Positions 52,148-62,477 of a stretch of DNA of 64,000 nucleotides are shown here, piece by piece. Numbering within the stretch: the first letter of the stretch is position 1; every line of letters begins with the position of its first letter. The position numbers and the translations under genes are program-made. The DNA comes from an uncultured delta proteobacterium (GTDB taxonomy: Bacteria; Desulfobacterota; Binatia; Binatales; Binataceae), in NCBI GenBank assembly GCA_963721485.1, contig CAVRJV010000014.1, positions 6,373 through 70,372 on the forward strand, in the 5' to 3' direction. The notes below the pieces were generated by a model that worked only from the letters and a program-made list of their open reading frames with translations, was not told where the DNA came from and did no database searches.

Positions 52148-55100
52148 CTAATGGAAATCGTGCGACGGCGGAATCGAACCCGGAATTTTGATCTCCTCAA
52201 AGCGTCGCGCGCGAATCGCGGTCACGCCGTCAACCTGTTGGAGTACGCCCTCAGCCAGCAGGATTCCGGCGCTGCGCAACAGCAGTCGGTTTTGCTGGAA
52301 CAGGTCGGGCGTGATGATCAGGTTGGCGATTCCGGTTTCGTCCTCGAGCGTGATGAATAGGAAGCCCTTCGCGGTGCCGGGACGTTGGCGCACGATCACG
52401 ACGCCGGCGGTCTTCACCCACGACTGATGCTTGGCGCGCGTGAGCGCGTCGGCGCTGAGAATTCCACGCGCATCAAGATCGGCGCGCAGATACGTCATCA
52501 GATGAGGTCCGGTGGTGAGGCCGGTCGCCGCGTAATCGGCGAGCGTTTCGTCTATCGGCGCCATCGACGCGAGGGGAACCTCGCTGTCGCGCGGCTGGAC
52601 GCCCGCCAGCAGGCTCTTTGGATCGCGCTCGACCGCCGCCGCGTTCCACATCGCGTCGCGCCGCTCGAGACCGAACGATGCGAACGCGCCTGCGTAGGCG
52701 AGCGCATCGATCTCGCGGCGGTTAGGTCCGACGCGCGCGGTAAGATCGGCAATCGAGTCGAACTTCCTCCGCGCACGCTCGCTTTCGATTCGAATGCCGA
52801 CTTCCTCGCGCAGACCTGTGACGTATCGCAGTCCCATCCGCGTCGCAGAGCGCCCATCTACAGTCTCGATCGTGCATTTCCAGTTCGATCGCGTCACGTC
52901 GATTGGCAGCACGACAACGCCATGACGCGCGGCATCTTTCACCAGCGTCGAGGGATGGTAGAAGCCGAGCGGGTAGCAATTCAGCATCGCAGCGAGGAAC
53001 GACGCTGGATGATGATACTTCAGGTACGCCGACGCGTACGCGATCAGAGCGAAGCTCGCGGCGTGCGATTCGGGGAATCCGTACAGCGCGAACGACGTGA
53101 TCGAACGCACGATGTCGTCGGCGACGCTGCCTTGCAGGCCGTTGCGCAACATCCCGGCGCGCAGCTTCGCTTCGATCTTCTCCATCCGCTCGGCCGAGCG
53201 TTTGAATCCCATCGCGCGCCGCAGTTCCTCGGCCTCGCCTCCGCTGAAGCCTGCGACCGTCATCGCCATGCGAAGGAGTTGTTCCTGAAAGAGCGGAACG
53301 CCCAGCGTGCGTTTGAGGATCGGCTCGAGCGACGGATGCGGATACTCGACGGGCGCCCGTTTGTTGCGGCGATCGAGATACGGATGCACCATTTTTCCGA
53401 CGATGGGGCCGGGTCGAATTATCGCGACCTCGACCACCAGGTCGTAAAATCGCTCGGGCTTCATTCGCGGTAGCGTCGCCATCTGCGCGCGGCTTTCGAT
53501 CTGAAAAACGCCGACGGTATCGGCACGCCGCAGCATCGAGTACACGTCGGGATCGTCGGCGGGCAGATGCGCGAGATCGATCTCGACGTCCTCGTGCGCG
53601 CGGATCAGCGGGATCGCCTCCTTCAGCGCGGCGAGCATCCCGAGTCCGAGCAGATCGATCTTGATGATGCCGAGATCGGCGCAGTCGTCCTTGTCCCATT
53701 GAATCACCACGCGGCCGGGCATCGAGGCCGGCTCAAGCGGGACGATCTCGTCGAGCGGCTGCGCGGCGATCACCATGCCGCCGCTATGCTGCCCGAGATG
53801 GCGCGGCAGGCTCTGAATCTTGCGCACGAGATCGACCATCATCATGATGCGCGGCGCTTCCGCGTCGACGCCGCCGCGCTTGAGCAGCGAGACCAGATCG
53901 TCGTGATGGTCGCGGAACTCGTACACCTGGTTGAGCTTGGCGAGCCGGTCAACCTGGTCGGGCGAAAAACCGAGGGTCTTGCCGACTTCGCGCACGGCGC
54001 TCCGCGTGCGATAGGTGATCACGTTCGCGGTCATCGCGGCGCCGCGCTCGCCGTAGCGGCGATACACGTACTGAATCGCCATCTCGCGATCGTCGCCGCT
54101 GGGCAGGTCGAGATCGATGTCGGGCCATTCGCCGCGCTCTTCTGAGAGAAAACGCTCGAACAGCAGTTCCATCTTGACCGCGTCCACCGCCGTGATCCCG
54201 AGCGCGTAACACACCGCGCTGTTCGCCGCGGAGCCGCGTCCCTGCACCATGATTCGATTCTCGCGGCAGAACTGGACGATGTCCCAAACGATCAGGAAGT
54301 AGCCGGCGAGCTTGAGCCGCTCGATGATCCCCAGTTCGTGTTCGAGCTGACGGCGCGTGCGATCGTCAATCGCGCCGCGCCATCGTTCTCGCGCGCCAGC
54401 GTAAGTGAGTATCCGCAAATAACTGTCGGGCGTCTCGTTCGGCGGCAGCGGATAGTCGGGAAAGCGATAGCCCATGTCGCAGAGCTGGAAATTGCATCGC
54501 TCGGCAATCACGCGCGAAGCAGCGACGGCAGTCGGCAGATCGCGAAACATCGCAGTCATCTCGGCCGGCGATTTCAGATGACGCTGACTGTTGATCCATA
54601 ACGCGCGGCCGGCCTCTTCGAGCGTGGTCTTGAGCCGGATGCAGGTCAGCACGTCGAGCAATCTACGATCCGAGCCGTCGTGGCATACGTCGTTGGTCGC
54701 GACGATCGGGATTCGCGCCGCGCCCGCAAGCGCTGCGAGCTTGCGATTAAGGCGCTCCTCGCCGGCGTCGAGATGCCGCTGCAAATCGATGTAAAAATTG
54801 TTCGCACCGAAAATCCCGCCGAGGCGCGCGCTCAGCTCACGGGGATCCTCGCCGCGCACGAGCATGCGCGACAGCGGACTCATCACGCCGCCGGCGAGAC
54901 AAATCAGTCCGCGGCCGTAGCGTTCGAGTTCGTCGAGCGTGATGCGGCTCTCGCCCTTGGCTGGATAGACGGGCGCAGCAATAGAGCCGTCGCGTGCGTG
55001 CGCGCCGGGATTGAGCACGCGCATCTTCGAGTCGGTGATCATTCGGCAGAGATTTTGATAGCGCTTGCGATCCGGCGCGAGGACGTAGAGGCGCGAGTCG

Positions 55101-55318
55101 TCGTCGAGGGTCAGTTCCGCGCCGACGATTTGCCGGATTCCCGCGGCTTTCGCGGCCTGGTAAAAGCGCGGCGCGCCGTACACTCCGTCGCGATCGCCAA
55201 GCGCCATCGCGCCGTATCCGAGTTCCGCCGCGCGCGCCGCGAGATCCTCGGGCGTGCTCGCGCCTTCGAGAAAGCTGAACGCACTGCGCGCGCGAAGCTC
55301 GATGTAATCGGAGTTCAT
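52148..55318 (-). CDS. dnaE2: error-prone DNA polymerase III alpha (DnaE2/ImuC)
   Basis: Intact 1056 aa. PHP N-terminus YIELRARSAFSFLEGAS. Last gene of an imuA-imuB-dnaE2 arrangement. Confidence 0.9.
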   Translation of the reverse strand: MNSDYIELRARSAFSFLEGASTPEDLAARAAELGYGAMALGDRDGVYGAPRFYQAAKAAGIRQIVGAELTLDDDSRLYVLAPDRKRYQNLCRMITDSKMRVLNPGAHARDGSIAAPVYPAKGESRITLDELERYGRGLICLAGGVMSPLSRMLVRGEDPRELSARLGGIFGANNFYIDLQRHLDAGEERLNRKLAALAGAARIPIVATNDVCHDGSDRRLLDVLTCIRLKTTLEEAGRALWINSQRHLKSPAEMTAMFRDLPTAVAASRVIAERCNFQLCDMGYRFPDYPLPPNETPDSYLRILTYAGARERWRGAIDDRTRRQLEHELGIIERLKLAGYFLIVWDIVQFCRENRIMVQGRGSAANSAVCYALGITAVDAVKMELLFERFLSEERGEWPDIDLDLPSGDDREMAIQYVYRRYGERGAAMTANVITYRTRSAVREVGKTLGFSPDQVDRLAKLNQVYEFRDHHDDLVSLLKRGGVDAEAPRIMMMVDLVRKIQSLPRHLGQHSGGMVIAAQPLDEIVPLEPASMPGRVVIQWDKDDCADLGIIKIDLLGLGMLAALKEAIPLIRAHEDVEIDLAHLPADDPDVYSMLRRADTVGVFQIESRAQMATLPRMKPERFYDLVVEVAIIRPGPIVGKMVHPYLDRRNKRAPVEYPHPSLEPILKRTLGVPLFQEQLLRMAMTVAGFSGGEAEELRRAMGFKRSAERMEKIEAKLRAGMLRNGLQGSVADDIVRSITSFALYGFPESHAASFALIAYASAYLKYHHPASFLAAMLNCYPLGFYHPSTLVKDAARHGVVVLPIDVTRSNWKCTIETVDGRSATRMGLRYVTGLREEVGIRIESERARRKFDSIADLTARVGPNRREIDALAYAGAFASFGLERRDAMWNAAAVERDPKSLLAGVQPRDSEVPLASMAPIDETLADYAATGLTTGPHLMTYLRADLDARGILSADALTRAKHQSWVKTAGVVIVRQRPGTAKGFLFITLEDETGIANLIITPDLFQQNRLLLRSAGILLAEGVLQQVDGVTAIRARRFEEIKIPGSIPPSHDFH

Positions 55319-55337
55319 GGCGATTCGCCGCGAGCGG

Positions 55338-57064
55338 TCAATCGTAAGCGCCGTCGAGGAACCATTTGTGCGAGTTTGCGTCGCGGAAGACGCGGTAGAC
55401 GCCGCCGTCTTCGAGCGCGAGTTCGTAGTAATCGCGGATGAAGCCGCATTTATTTGCGCCGTTCATTTCTGATCGCGCACCGTTGCCGTTGGCGCCGTTG
55501 AGATGTGGAGTAGGCGAGGGCGCCGGCATAAGCGAGGACAGCGCCTTCAGATTCTCCGCGGATACCTGGCGTGGATGCGCGCCGAACATGCGGCCGTCAT
55601 GCAGCTCGAGGCCATGCTTCGGTGCGGGATTTGTTTTGTCGGATGAATCCGTGTGCGCGTCTGCATGGACGGTGAATCCAAGCCACCATTCGCCATCGCG
55701 GCGCCATGGGCCGGCGATCGAGATTACGCGCGCGCCAAGATTCTCGCCGCGAACGAACTCCGGAATCTCGCGCATGCACATCACTTCGATTTCACGTGCG
55801 GGACGAATCGCGCGAATCACCAGCTGCGTCACATTCTTCGCTGGCGTTTTTTCGAGAATTGGTGGCGGAGCGGGTGGTGCGAACGGATCGAGGCGCGTCG
55901 CTTCGGGCCGATGCGAATTCTCGGCGCTCAGCATGCCGACGTTGCCGGGACCGCATAGCGCCGACAGGCGTGCAATCGTTGTCTGCAGTTTGTCCGGCGC
56001 GGGCGCGGGCGGCATGAACATGTCGGTTTGCGCGGGACGCGGGACCGCGCGGCGCGATTTCGATTCGAATCGATTCGACGGCGGCCTCGGGCGGCGATGC
56101 TTCAAGGCTCAGGTTGATTAGCGTGAGAATCGCGCGGACGTCGTTCGACGGCGCCGCGACCTCGACCCGGCGATTGAAACTGCGATGACCGCTCATCCCG
56201 AACGCGAGCGTGATATCGCCGGCGACCATGCCGCGAAGCGAAAGCCGCTCGGCGAGCCGCTCGAGCATCGCGCGCATAACGAATCCCAGCGGCTCCAGGA
56301 GCTCGATGCCATATTCGAGCTCGACTGCTCTCGGCGAAAAACTCGGCGCGGCGGCGCGGCACCATCGGCGCATGACTGCCACCGCGCGCGAGGCGGACCA
56401 ACTCGACGCCGCGACGTCCGAGCCGCGTGCCGACAGCGTCGGGATTGAGGCGCGCGAGCTCGCCGAGCCGGCGCATCCCCCATCGCGCGAGCGTGGTCTC
56501 GAGGTCGTCGCCGCGATCCGATTTTCCGAGGCCAAGCATGTCGAGCGGCAGCCAGTTGAGGAATTCGCGCTCGCGGCCGGCTTCGATCACGCGCACGCCG
56601 CCGCATCGCGCCGCCAGATGCGCCAGTTCCTTGTTGGCGGCGACGCCGGCGGCCGGTTCCATCCCGACTCTGCGCACGTTTCGTAAAAGTTCGGCGGTGA
56701 TTTCTTCTTCGCCGTTGTAGATGCGATGCAGGCCCGCGAGATCGATCCACGCGCATCCGGGCGCGCCCGATTCGACCACCGGCGAAACCGATTCGACCGC
56801 GTCGAGCAGGGCGGAATGCGCCGAGCTTTCGGCGGCGGGCGAGCGATGGACTACGATCAAGTCTGAGGAGATCGCGCGCGCCTGCGCGATCGTCATGCCG
56901 GGGCGGATTCCAAGCTCACGCGCGCGCATCGAGACGGCGTCGAGATCGGCGTGCGGCGCGAGGCTTCGTCTGATAGCCAGCACCTTGTCCGCGAGCGCGG
57001 GATTCGAGCGCACGATCGCTGCAATAGAAAAATCTGCGACCATGATGCACGCGATACGAGCCAT
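55338..57064 (-). CDS. imuB: Y-family polymerase-like protein ImuB; 2-3 frame breaks
   Basis: N-terminus MARIACIMVADFSIAAIVRSNPAL. The middle part is AVELEYGIELLEPLGFVMRAMLERL. C-terminus FIRDYYELALEDGGVYRVFRD. Pieces lie in ORFs 56102-57064, 55792-56535 and 55338-56105. Confidence 0.8.
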
Positions 57065-57075
57065 CGGAACACCGT

Positions 57076-57928
57076 GTTAGCTGCTTGCGGAAATTCGAAC
57101 CGGAAATTCTTTGCGGTCGCGATGCGGGTGCGCCTCGGATGGAATTGGAATTGGATCGACGAGCGCGCGCACGCGAACATGACGCCCCGTCCCGCCCATC
57201 TTGTTGCGCGCGACCATCGCGTCGACCGCGAGGCCGTCGAACATCACCGGTGAGCCGGGCGTGAGCCGGCTGAACGAGGCCTCAGCGCGGCTGGCGGACG
57301 ATGCTCAGCGCGGCGAACGTCCCGCACATCCGCCACGGCGCGATTGCGATCACGGCCGCGCCGCTGCGCTCAGCCGCGCGCGCGATTCTGCAGCGACGAT
57401 GCATAAGTGAGTGAGCGGACTGCCTCGCCGAAATCGACGACCACCAGTCCGAAGCCGCCGGCCTCGAGCACGAGTTCCGCGGCTTTGACGATCGACCTCA
57501 CCCCTAACCCCTCTCCCTTCATGAGAGGGGAACGAAGGTCGCGCGCCGAAGCCACGCCTCGTCGACGCCCAGAGCATCCGGCGCAGCTCGACGCCGGCGG
57601 CCGCCATGCTCTCGGGATCGAAGGTGCCCGATGCGTCGAGCCATGCGGCGACCTCGCCGCATTGGGTGGCGAAACTGGCGAACGAGGCGGCAATCGAGGT
57701 CTTGCCCGAGCCGGCGCGGCCGGTGATTTCGCTGATTCGCCCGCGCGGAATTCCGCCGTCAATGAGAGCGTCGAGCGGTGCGAGTCCCGAGCTTAGACGG
57801 CGGTCCTTGCGAGTGAGTTCATGGCCGCGAAAAACCCCTGAAAATTCAAGCTGTTGCGGCCGTTTGGCGACCTGAATGGGGATTGAAGGATTCGATCCAA
57901 GACGAAGGTTTCGGAAGAGCAGCCACAA
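57076..57928 (-). pseudogene. imuA: RecA-fold SOS mutagenesis protein ImuA, interrupted by a 49-nt REP-B insertion plus further frame breaks
   Basis: SSGLAPLDALIDGGIPRGRISEITGRAGSGKTSIA (Walker-like) and AAELVLEAGGFGLVVVDF. The frame changes exactly across 57493-57541. TTG start is tentative. Confidence 0.65.
57493..57541 (-). repeat. REP-B hairpin element inside imuA (49 nt, bounded by CGACCT...AGGTCG)
   Basis: The minus strand reads CGACCTTCGTTCCCCTCTCATGAAGGGAGAGGGGTTAGGGGTGAGGTCG. Deleting exactly these 49 nt joins frame a (..TRRGFGA) to frame b (IVKAAELVLEAGGFG..). Confidence 0.7.
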
Positions 57929-57976
57929 GCTACGTTTTCGCTCTTTCTTCGCTTCATGTCAACGATCGCTAAGCGC

Positions 57977-58807
57977 TCAGACTTTCGATTTCTCGATCAC
58001 AACCACCTTCACATTAATCTCGTCCGATTTGTCTGAAGGCTGAGTAGTTATCTGAGTCCAACTAAACAGACCCAGCTCATCCAGCCGAGCCTTCGATTCG
58101 CGGAAAGCGCGCGCCGAGTACAGATCGTGTTCATGAATTCGCAGCGCCGCTCGGATAACCTGCTCCGGCGTTTTCGCGTTTCCACTTATCGTGATTTGGT
58201 CGATCCGTGTCTCGTCGCCGGGCTTGATAAAAAAATTCGCGTCGACGATATGACGCTTGTGATCCACTCTCGTTCTCGGATCTACGTTTACGTACGCGAA
58301 ACCCCGATCCGAATAGAAGTCCGCTAGCGCAAGAGCGTTGATCTGAAGGGTCGATCCCCGGAAAGGCTGCCCACTCCGCATTGTCAATTGCGACTCAACC
58401 TCGCGCCGCGGAAGTTTCAATTCCCCTTCGATCACGATCGATCTAACCCGGTAGAGCGGACCTTCATCGATTGCGATCATTACCCGATCGGTAGCCGAGG
58501 CGATCTGTGGCTGGTCGACGTGAACCTCCAAAAATCCGTGGTCGTAGTAAAAGGCTGTTAGGTAGTCGGTCGCTTCGTAAGGGGCATTCGGCGATAAACC
58601 CTCCCGCAGCTTTTCGGAACTGAAGGCCTTATTTCCGATGAAATCAATTTTAGGTGTCTGGATTCCGCGCCCAACGTCAGCCTTGCTCCCGGTCGAGTCG
58701 CCCGCGACTGCGATAGTGATCAAAAAGAAGGACAACGACAGGAACAGGACAGAACCGCAAAAAGTTGTGGCGCGCGAGGATCTTCGTCTTTGAGCCTCGA
58801 GCATCAT
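57977..58807 (-). CDS. POTRA-repeat protein without a beta-barrel (BamA N-terminal-like), signal-anchored
   Basis: 276 aa from MMLEAQ. Hydrophobic anchor FCGSVLFLSLSFFLITIAVAG and about three POTRA-like units (IDFIGNKAFSSEKL..., IVIEGELKLPRREV..., ITISGNAKTPEQVI...). GC is lower than in the flanks. The upstream part of ORF 57977-59218 is out-of-frame readthrough of the OMT gene. Confidence 0.6.
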   Translation of the reverse strand: MMLEAQRRRSSRATTFCGSVLFLSLSFFLITIAVAGDSTGSKADVGRGIQTPKIDFIGNKAFSSEKLREGLSPNAPYEATDYLTAFYYDHGFLEVHVDQPQIASATDRVMIAIDEGPLYRVRSIVIEGELKLPRREVESQLTMRSGQPFRGSTLQINALALADFYSDRGFAYVNVDPRTRVDHKRHIVDANFFIKPGDETRIDQITISGNAKTPEQVIRAALRIHEHDLYSARAFRESKARLDELGLFSWTQITTQPSDKSDEINVKVVVIEKSKV

Positions 58808-59439
58808 TTGAACTCGAGGTTGCGGGTGCAGCGGCTTAGTTCGATGCCGCTGCCGACCGGCAATAACGTCGACTGGATGTCGGTCTTCGCGCGGACGTGC
58901 TTGCGATACTCGGCGGCGTCGGCGCGCGAAAATTCGGGAAACAACATATTGTCGGCGACGATCATCGCGCCCGATCCCAGCTTCGGATAGAAAAGGTCGA
59001 AGCACGGAATGTAGAGATCCTTCCATAGGTCGAGCAGCACGAAATCGATCGGTCCGGAGAGCGCCGCGATCGATTCGCGCGCGTCGCCCAGCTTGAACTC
59101 CACCATGTTCGCGAGCCCGGCCTTGGCGAGCGCATTGCGCGCGTACTCCTGCTTGCCGGCGTGGACATCGAGCGTGATGACTTTGCCGCCGGTCGCGCGC
59201 GCCGCCTCGGCCAGCCATACCGTCGAGTATCCGTGCGAGGTTCCAATCTCGAGGATGGTTTTCGCCTTCGCCTCCTTGATGAGGATGTTCATCAAATTCC
59301 CGGTGGCGGGGCCGACGGGCAGCAGAAATTCGTCGATGTGCTGCATCATCTCGGCGGGCGGAAGCGCTTGCATCCGCTTCATCTCGGCGGCGGCCCGTTG
59401 ATCGTATTCACGGAGGACGGTTTCGATTGATGCGTCCAT
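58804..59439 (-). CDS. class I SAM-dependent O-methyltransferase (family 3, caffeoyl-CoA OMT-like)
   Basis: Intact 211 aa with ILEIGTSHGYSTVWLA, FVLLDLWKDLY and MIVADN. Its stop overlaps the POTRA gene start (ATGA). Confidence 0.75.
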   Translation of the reverse strand: MDASIETVLREYDQRAAAEMKRMQALPPAEMMQHIDEFLLPVGPATGNLMNILIKEAKAKTILEIGTSHGYSTVWLAEAARATGGKVITLDVHAGKQEYARNALAKAGLANMVEFKLGDARESIAALSGPIDFVLLDLWKDLYIPCFDLFYPKLGSGAMIVADNMLFPEFSRADAAEYRKHVRAKTDIQSTLLPVGSGIELSRCTRNLEFK

Positions 59440-59488
59440 TTTTGGAATTCCTTTTATCGCGGATTTTCTAACGCGTTGTTGTGGGCCG

Positions 59489-60686
59489 CTATTGCTCCAT
59501 CACGACGCGGGTTACGCCGTTCAGGAAGGGGTCGAAGCGGTGTGCGATGTAGGTGGGCAGGAAGGTTTTTGCGAACGTGATCATAAGGCTGCTGGTGACG
59601 ACGCGGCTGAGGAGTGAGTTCGACGCTACGAAGCGCGGCGCGAGCTGCTGCATGTCCTGAATCGTCGTGATCTCGGGCCATCGCTCGGCCTGGATGTTGC
59701 GCGCGGCGAAATCGAGCGTAGCTTCGTCGGATCGCATCACGAGCGCGCGACCGAGATGATTCGCCGTGACGACTGCGTCACGCAGTGCGAGGTTGATTCC
59801 CTGGCCGCCGACGGGGGACATCGGATGAGCCGCGTCACCAATCAGTAGCAGGCCCGGCGCGGTCCATTCGCGCAGCGGTCGCAAACGACGTCGAGCAGGA
59901 ACGGACGCGCGAGGCCGGTCTTGTTCGCGGCAAGAAACTTCCGCAGGTCGGGCGACACGTGCGGTGCGAGCTCGTCGATCCAGCTTTCGCCCATTCGTTT
60001 GATGTCTCCGAAGGTCCCTTTGTCTATGACCCATCCGATCTGAGTGTGGCCCTCGGGCGACGGATACATGATGAGCAGGTGCCCGCTGCCGATGTAGCCG
60101 CGCGCGGTGCGTGCCGTCGGGAAAATGGCCGGGGAGGTGGCCCCACACGACGTCGAAGCCCTGCATGATGCGGTCTTCGGGGAGCGCGGCGCGTTTTCGA
60201 ATCACCGACGTGCGCCCGTCGCATGCGATCACGAAGTCGCCGCGGAAATCGCGCGGACCTTCGAGCGTGTCGGCATGCACACCCATCACGCGATCTTTTT
60301 CGTGGATGAGATCGCGCACGGTGACGCCGCGCTCGAGCTTGAAGCCGGGAAATTTCGCGGCCTCGGCGACAATCATCTCGAGCATCGCGGGCTGCGGCAC
60401 AACGCGCGGACGACGGATCGAGGCCTTCGAGCGGGATGGTGATCGACCCGGCGTTCGCCGCGAAAGAGCTCGACCTTTCCGATCGGGAAATTCGGCAAGG
60501 CGTCGAGCTGTTGACGAAGGCCGGCCTCGTGCAGCGCCGCGATTCCCGACGGCATCAGGATCTCGCCGCGAAACTCGCGCGAGAAATCGGTCTGCCGCTC
60601 GAGCAGCGTCACCGGAACACCGCGGCGCGCGAGCATGTAGGCGAGCAGGGCGCCCGCAGGCCCGGCGCCTACGACGATTGCGTCGG
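59489..60686 (-). CDS. FAD-dependent monooxygenase (UbiH/geranylgeranyl-reductase-like); at least 4 frame breaks
   Basis: DAIVVGAGPAGALLAYMLARRGVPVTLLE (GxGxxG), ACDGRTSVIR and LLIGDAAHPMSPVGGQGINLALRDA. The frame break nearest the 5' end lies just after the ATG. Confidence 0.7.
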
Positions 60687-60690
60687 CATT

Positions 60691-61651
60691 TTAGACTTCG
60701 CGGGAGGTCTGGTCGTCGATCAACGTTGCGAGGCCGTCGCGGTAGGGCGACGGTTCGAGCTCGCCGACGATCGAGCGCGCGATCGCGACCTGCTCGGCGG
60801 CCAGGCGGCGCGCTTCGGCGATGATTTCGGGATCGCGCAGCAAGTCGAGCGCGCGGTCGAGCACCGCGCCTTCCATCCGCGTGCCGTTCTGGAACAGCGC
60901 GCGCAGCTCGGGGCTGCGCTCGACGCCGAGCACGACCGGCAGCGACGGGATGCCGGCGCGCAAATCGGAGCCGACCGGCTTGCCGATTTTTTCTTCCGGT
61001 CCGAGGATGTCGAGCAGGTCGTCGACCATCTGGAACGCCAGGCCCATCGCGGTGCCGAGCTTCGCCATCGAATCGATGGTCCGCTTCGGCACGCCCGCGA
61101 GGTCCGCCGCGACTTTGCCGCCGGCATAGAACAGCGACGCCGTCTTGCGATCGATCACCGTGAGGTAATCCTTCAGCGTCGCCGCCGCGTTGTGACGGAA
61201 CCTGCTCTCCATCACTTCGCCCTCGGTGAGCTGGATGCAGGCCTGCGCCGCCGTGCGCACGAGATGTTCGTCGAAGCGGCCGCATACTTCGAACGCGCGG
61301 CAGAACAGGTAGTCGCCCGCGATCAGCGACGCGCCGAATCCGTAGCGCGCGAAGGCCGACGGCTTGCCGCGCCGCAGCAGGCCGCGATCGATGATGTCGT
61401 CGTGCAGCAGCGTCGCGGAATGAATCAGCTCGAGCGCGATCGCCGCATCGATCGGCGTCGCCCGCGTTGGCCTCGGCTCCGCCGCACGCGCGATAGACCA
61501 GCATGATGAACGTCGGGCGCAGCCGCTTGCCGCCGGCGTCGACGAGGTAGTGGCAGATTTCCGCGATGATCGGTTCCTTCGAATCGAGCAGGCGCGAGAG
61601 TTTCGCTTCGACGGCCGCGAGATCGGCTTCGACCAGGCGCGCGGGATTCAA
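60691..61651 (-). CDS. polyprenyl diphosphate synthase; one frame break near 61450
   Basis: GGKRLRP, first DDxxD in LLHDDIID and second in QMVDDLLD. The N-terminus is in ORF 59489-61651 and the C-terminus in ORF 60691-61260. Confidence 0.8.
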
Positions 61652-61723
61652 CGGCTTCAGGCGTCGATGCGGCGGCGAGTTGAGTTGCTTTCGCTCTTTT
61701 CACGTTGGTTCAGCGAAATCGTA

Positions 61724-62477
61724 TTATCGGAACAAATCGGCTTCGGCGGGGCGAATCAATATTTTCGCGCTGCCTTCGAACGGTTCATATTTGTAGCCGC
61801 GCACGACCACGGCCGGAATGGCGCCCGCTTTTTCCATCAGCAGGCCGGCGGCGGATGCGATCTCGTCGGCGATCGCGATGACCGTGTGATGCAATTCGCG
61901 GCCGCCCAAGTCGGTGGTGCCGCGCAAATCGAGTACCGGATTCATGCCGGCGATGCCGAGGCAAATCTCGGTCAGGCCGTCGCGCCACGGACGGCCGAAG
62001 GTGTCGGTGATCAGCACGGCGACGGTGACGCCGAGGCGCCGGCGAATCTCGTCGCGCAGGCGGCGCGCGGAGGCGTCGGGATCTTCGGGCAGCAGTATCG
62101 CGCGCTCGTCCTCGAGGCTGTTGGACTCGTCGACGCCGGCGTTGGCGCAGACCCATCCGGGTCCGGTCTCGACGATCAGCACGCCGCGATCGTTGCGCAC
62201 GATTCGGCTGGTTTGGCGCAGCACGATTTCGATCGCGCGCGGATCTTTTTCCCATCGCGTGGCGTAGGCCTTGGCGAACTCGGAGGGCTCGAAGTCCTTG
62301 AAGTTCACGATGCGGCCTTCGGACTTCGAGACTACTTTCTGGCACACGACAAGAATATCGCCGGCCGCGAGCTTGAAGCCGGTGTCGGTCGAGTCCCTTG
62401 GCGATCAGCGCGGCGAGATCGTCGCCGGCCTTCACCATCGGGATGCCCTCGATCGCTGTGAGACTTATCGTGCGCAT
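61724..62477 (-). CDS. cofE: coenzyme F420-0:L-glutamate ligase; one frame break near 62390
   Basis: MRTISLTAIEGIPMVKAGDDLAALI, KVVSKSEGR, CANAGVDESN and ITDTFGRPWR. Confidence 0.8.

Noticed and set aside
52150-52190. tRNA-like T-arm sequence: the reverse complement contains GGTTCGATTCC.
   Set aside because: It lies inside the dnaE2 coding frame (..IPGSIPPSHDFH*). The flanking bases do not form a T-stem, acceptor stem or anticodon arm.
57929-57976. Canonical LexA box upstream of imuA.
   Set aside because: There is no CTGT-N8-ACAG, GAAC-N4-GTTC or exact GTTC-N7-GTTC match. Only the looser TTCGC-N6-TTCGC direct repeat is reported as a low-confidence candidate.
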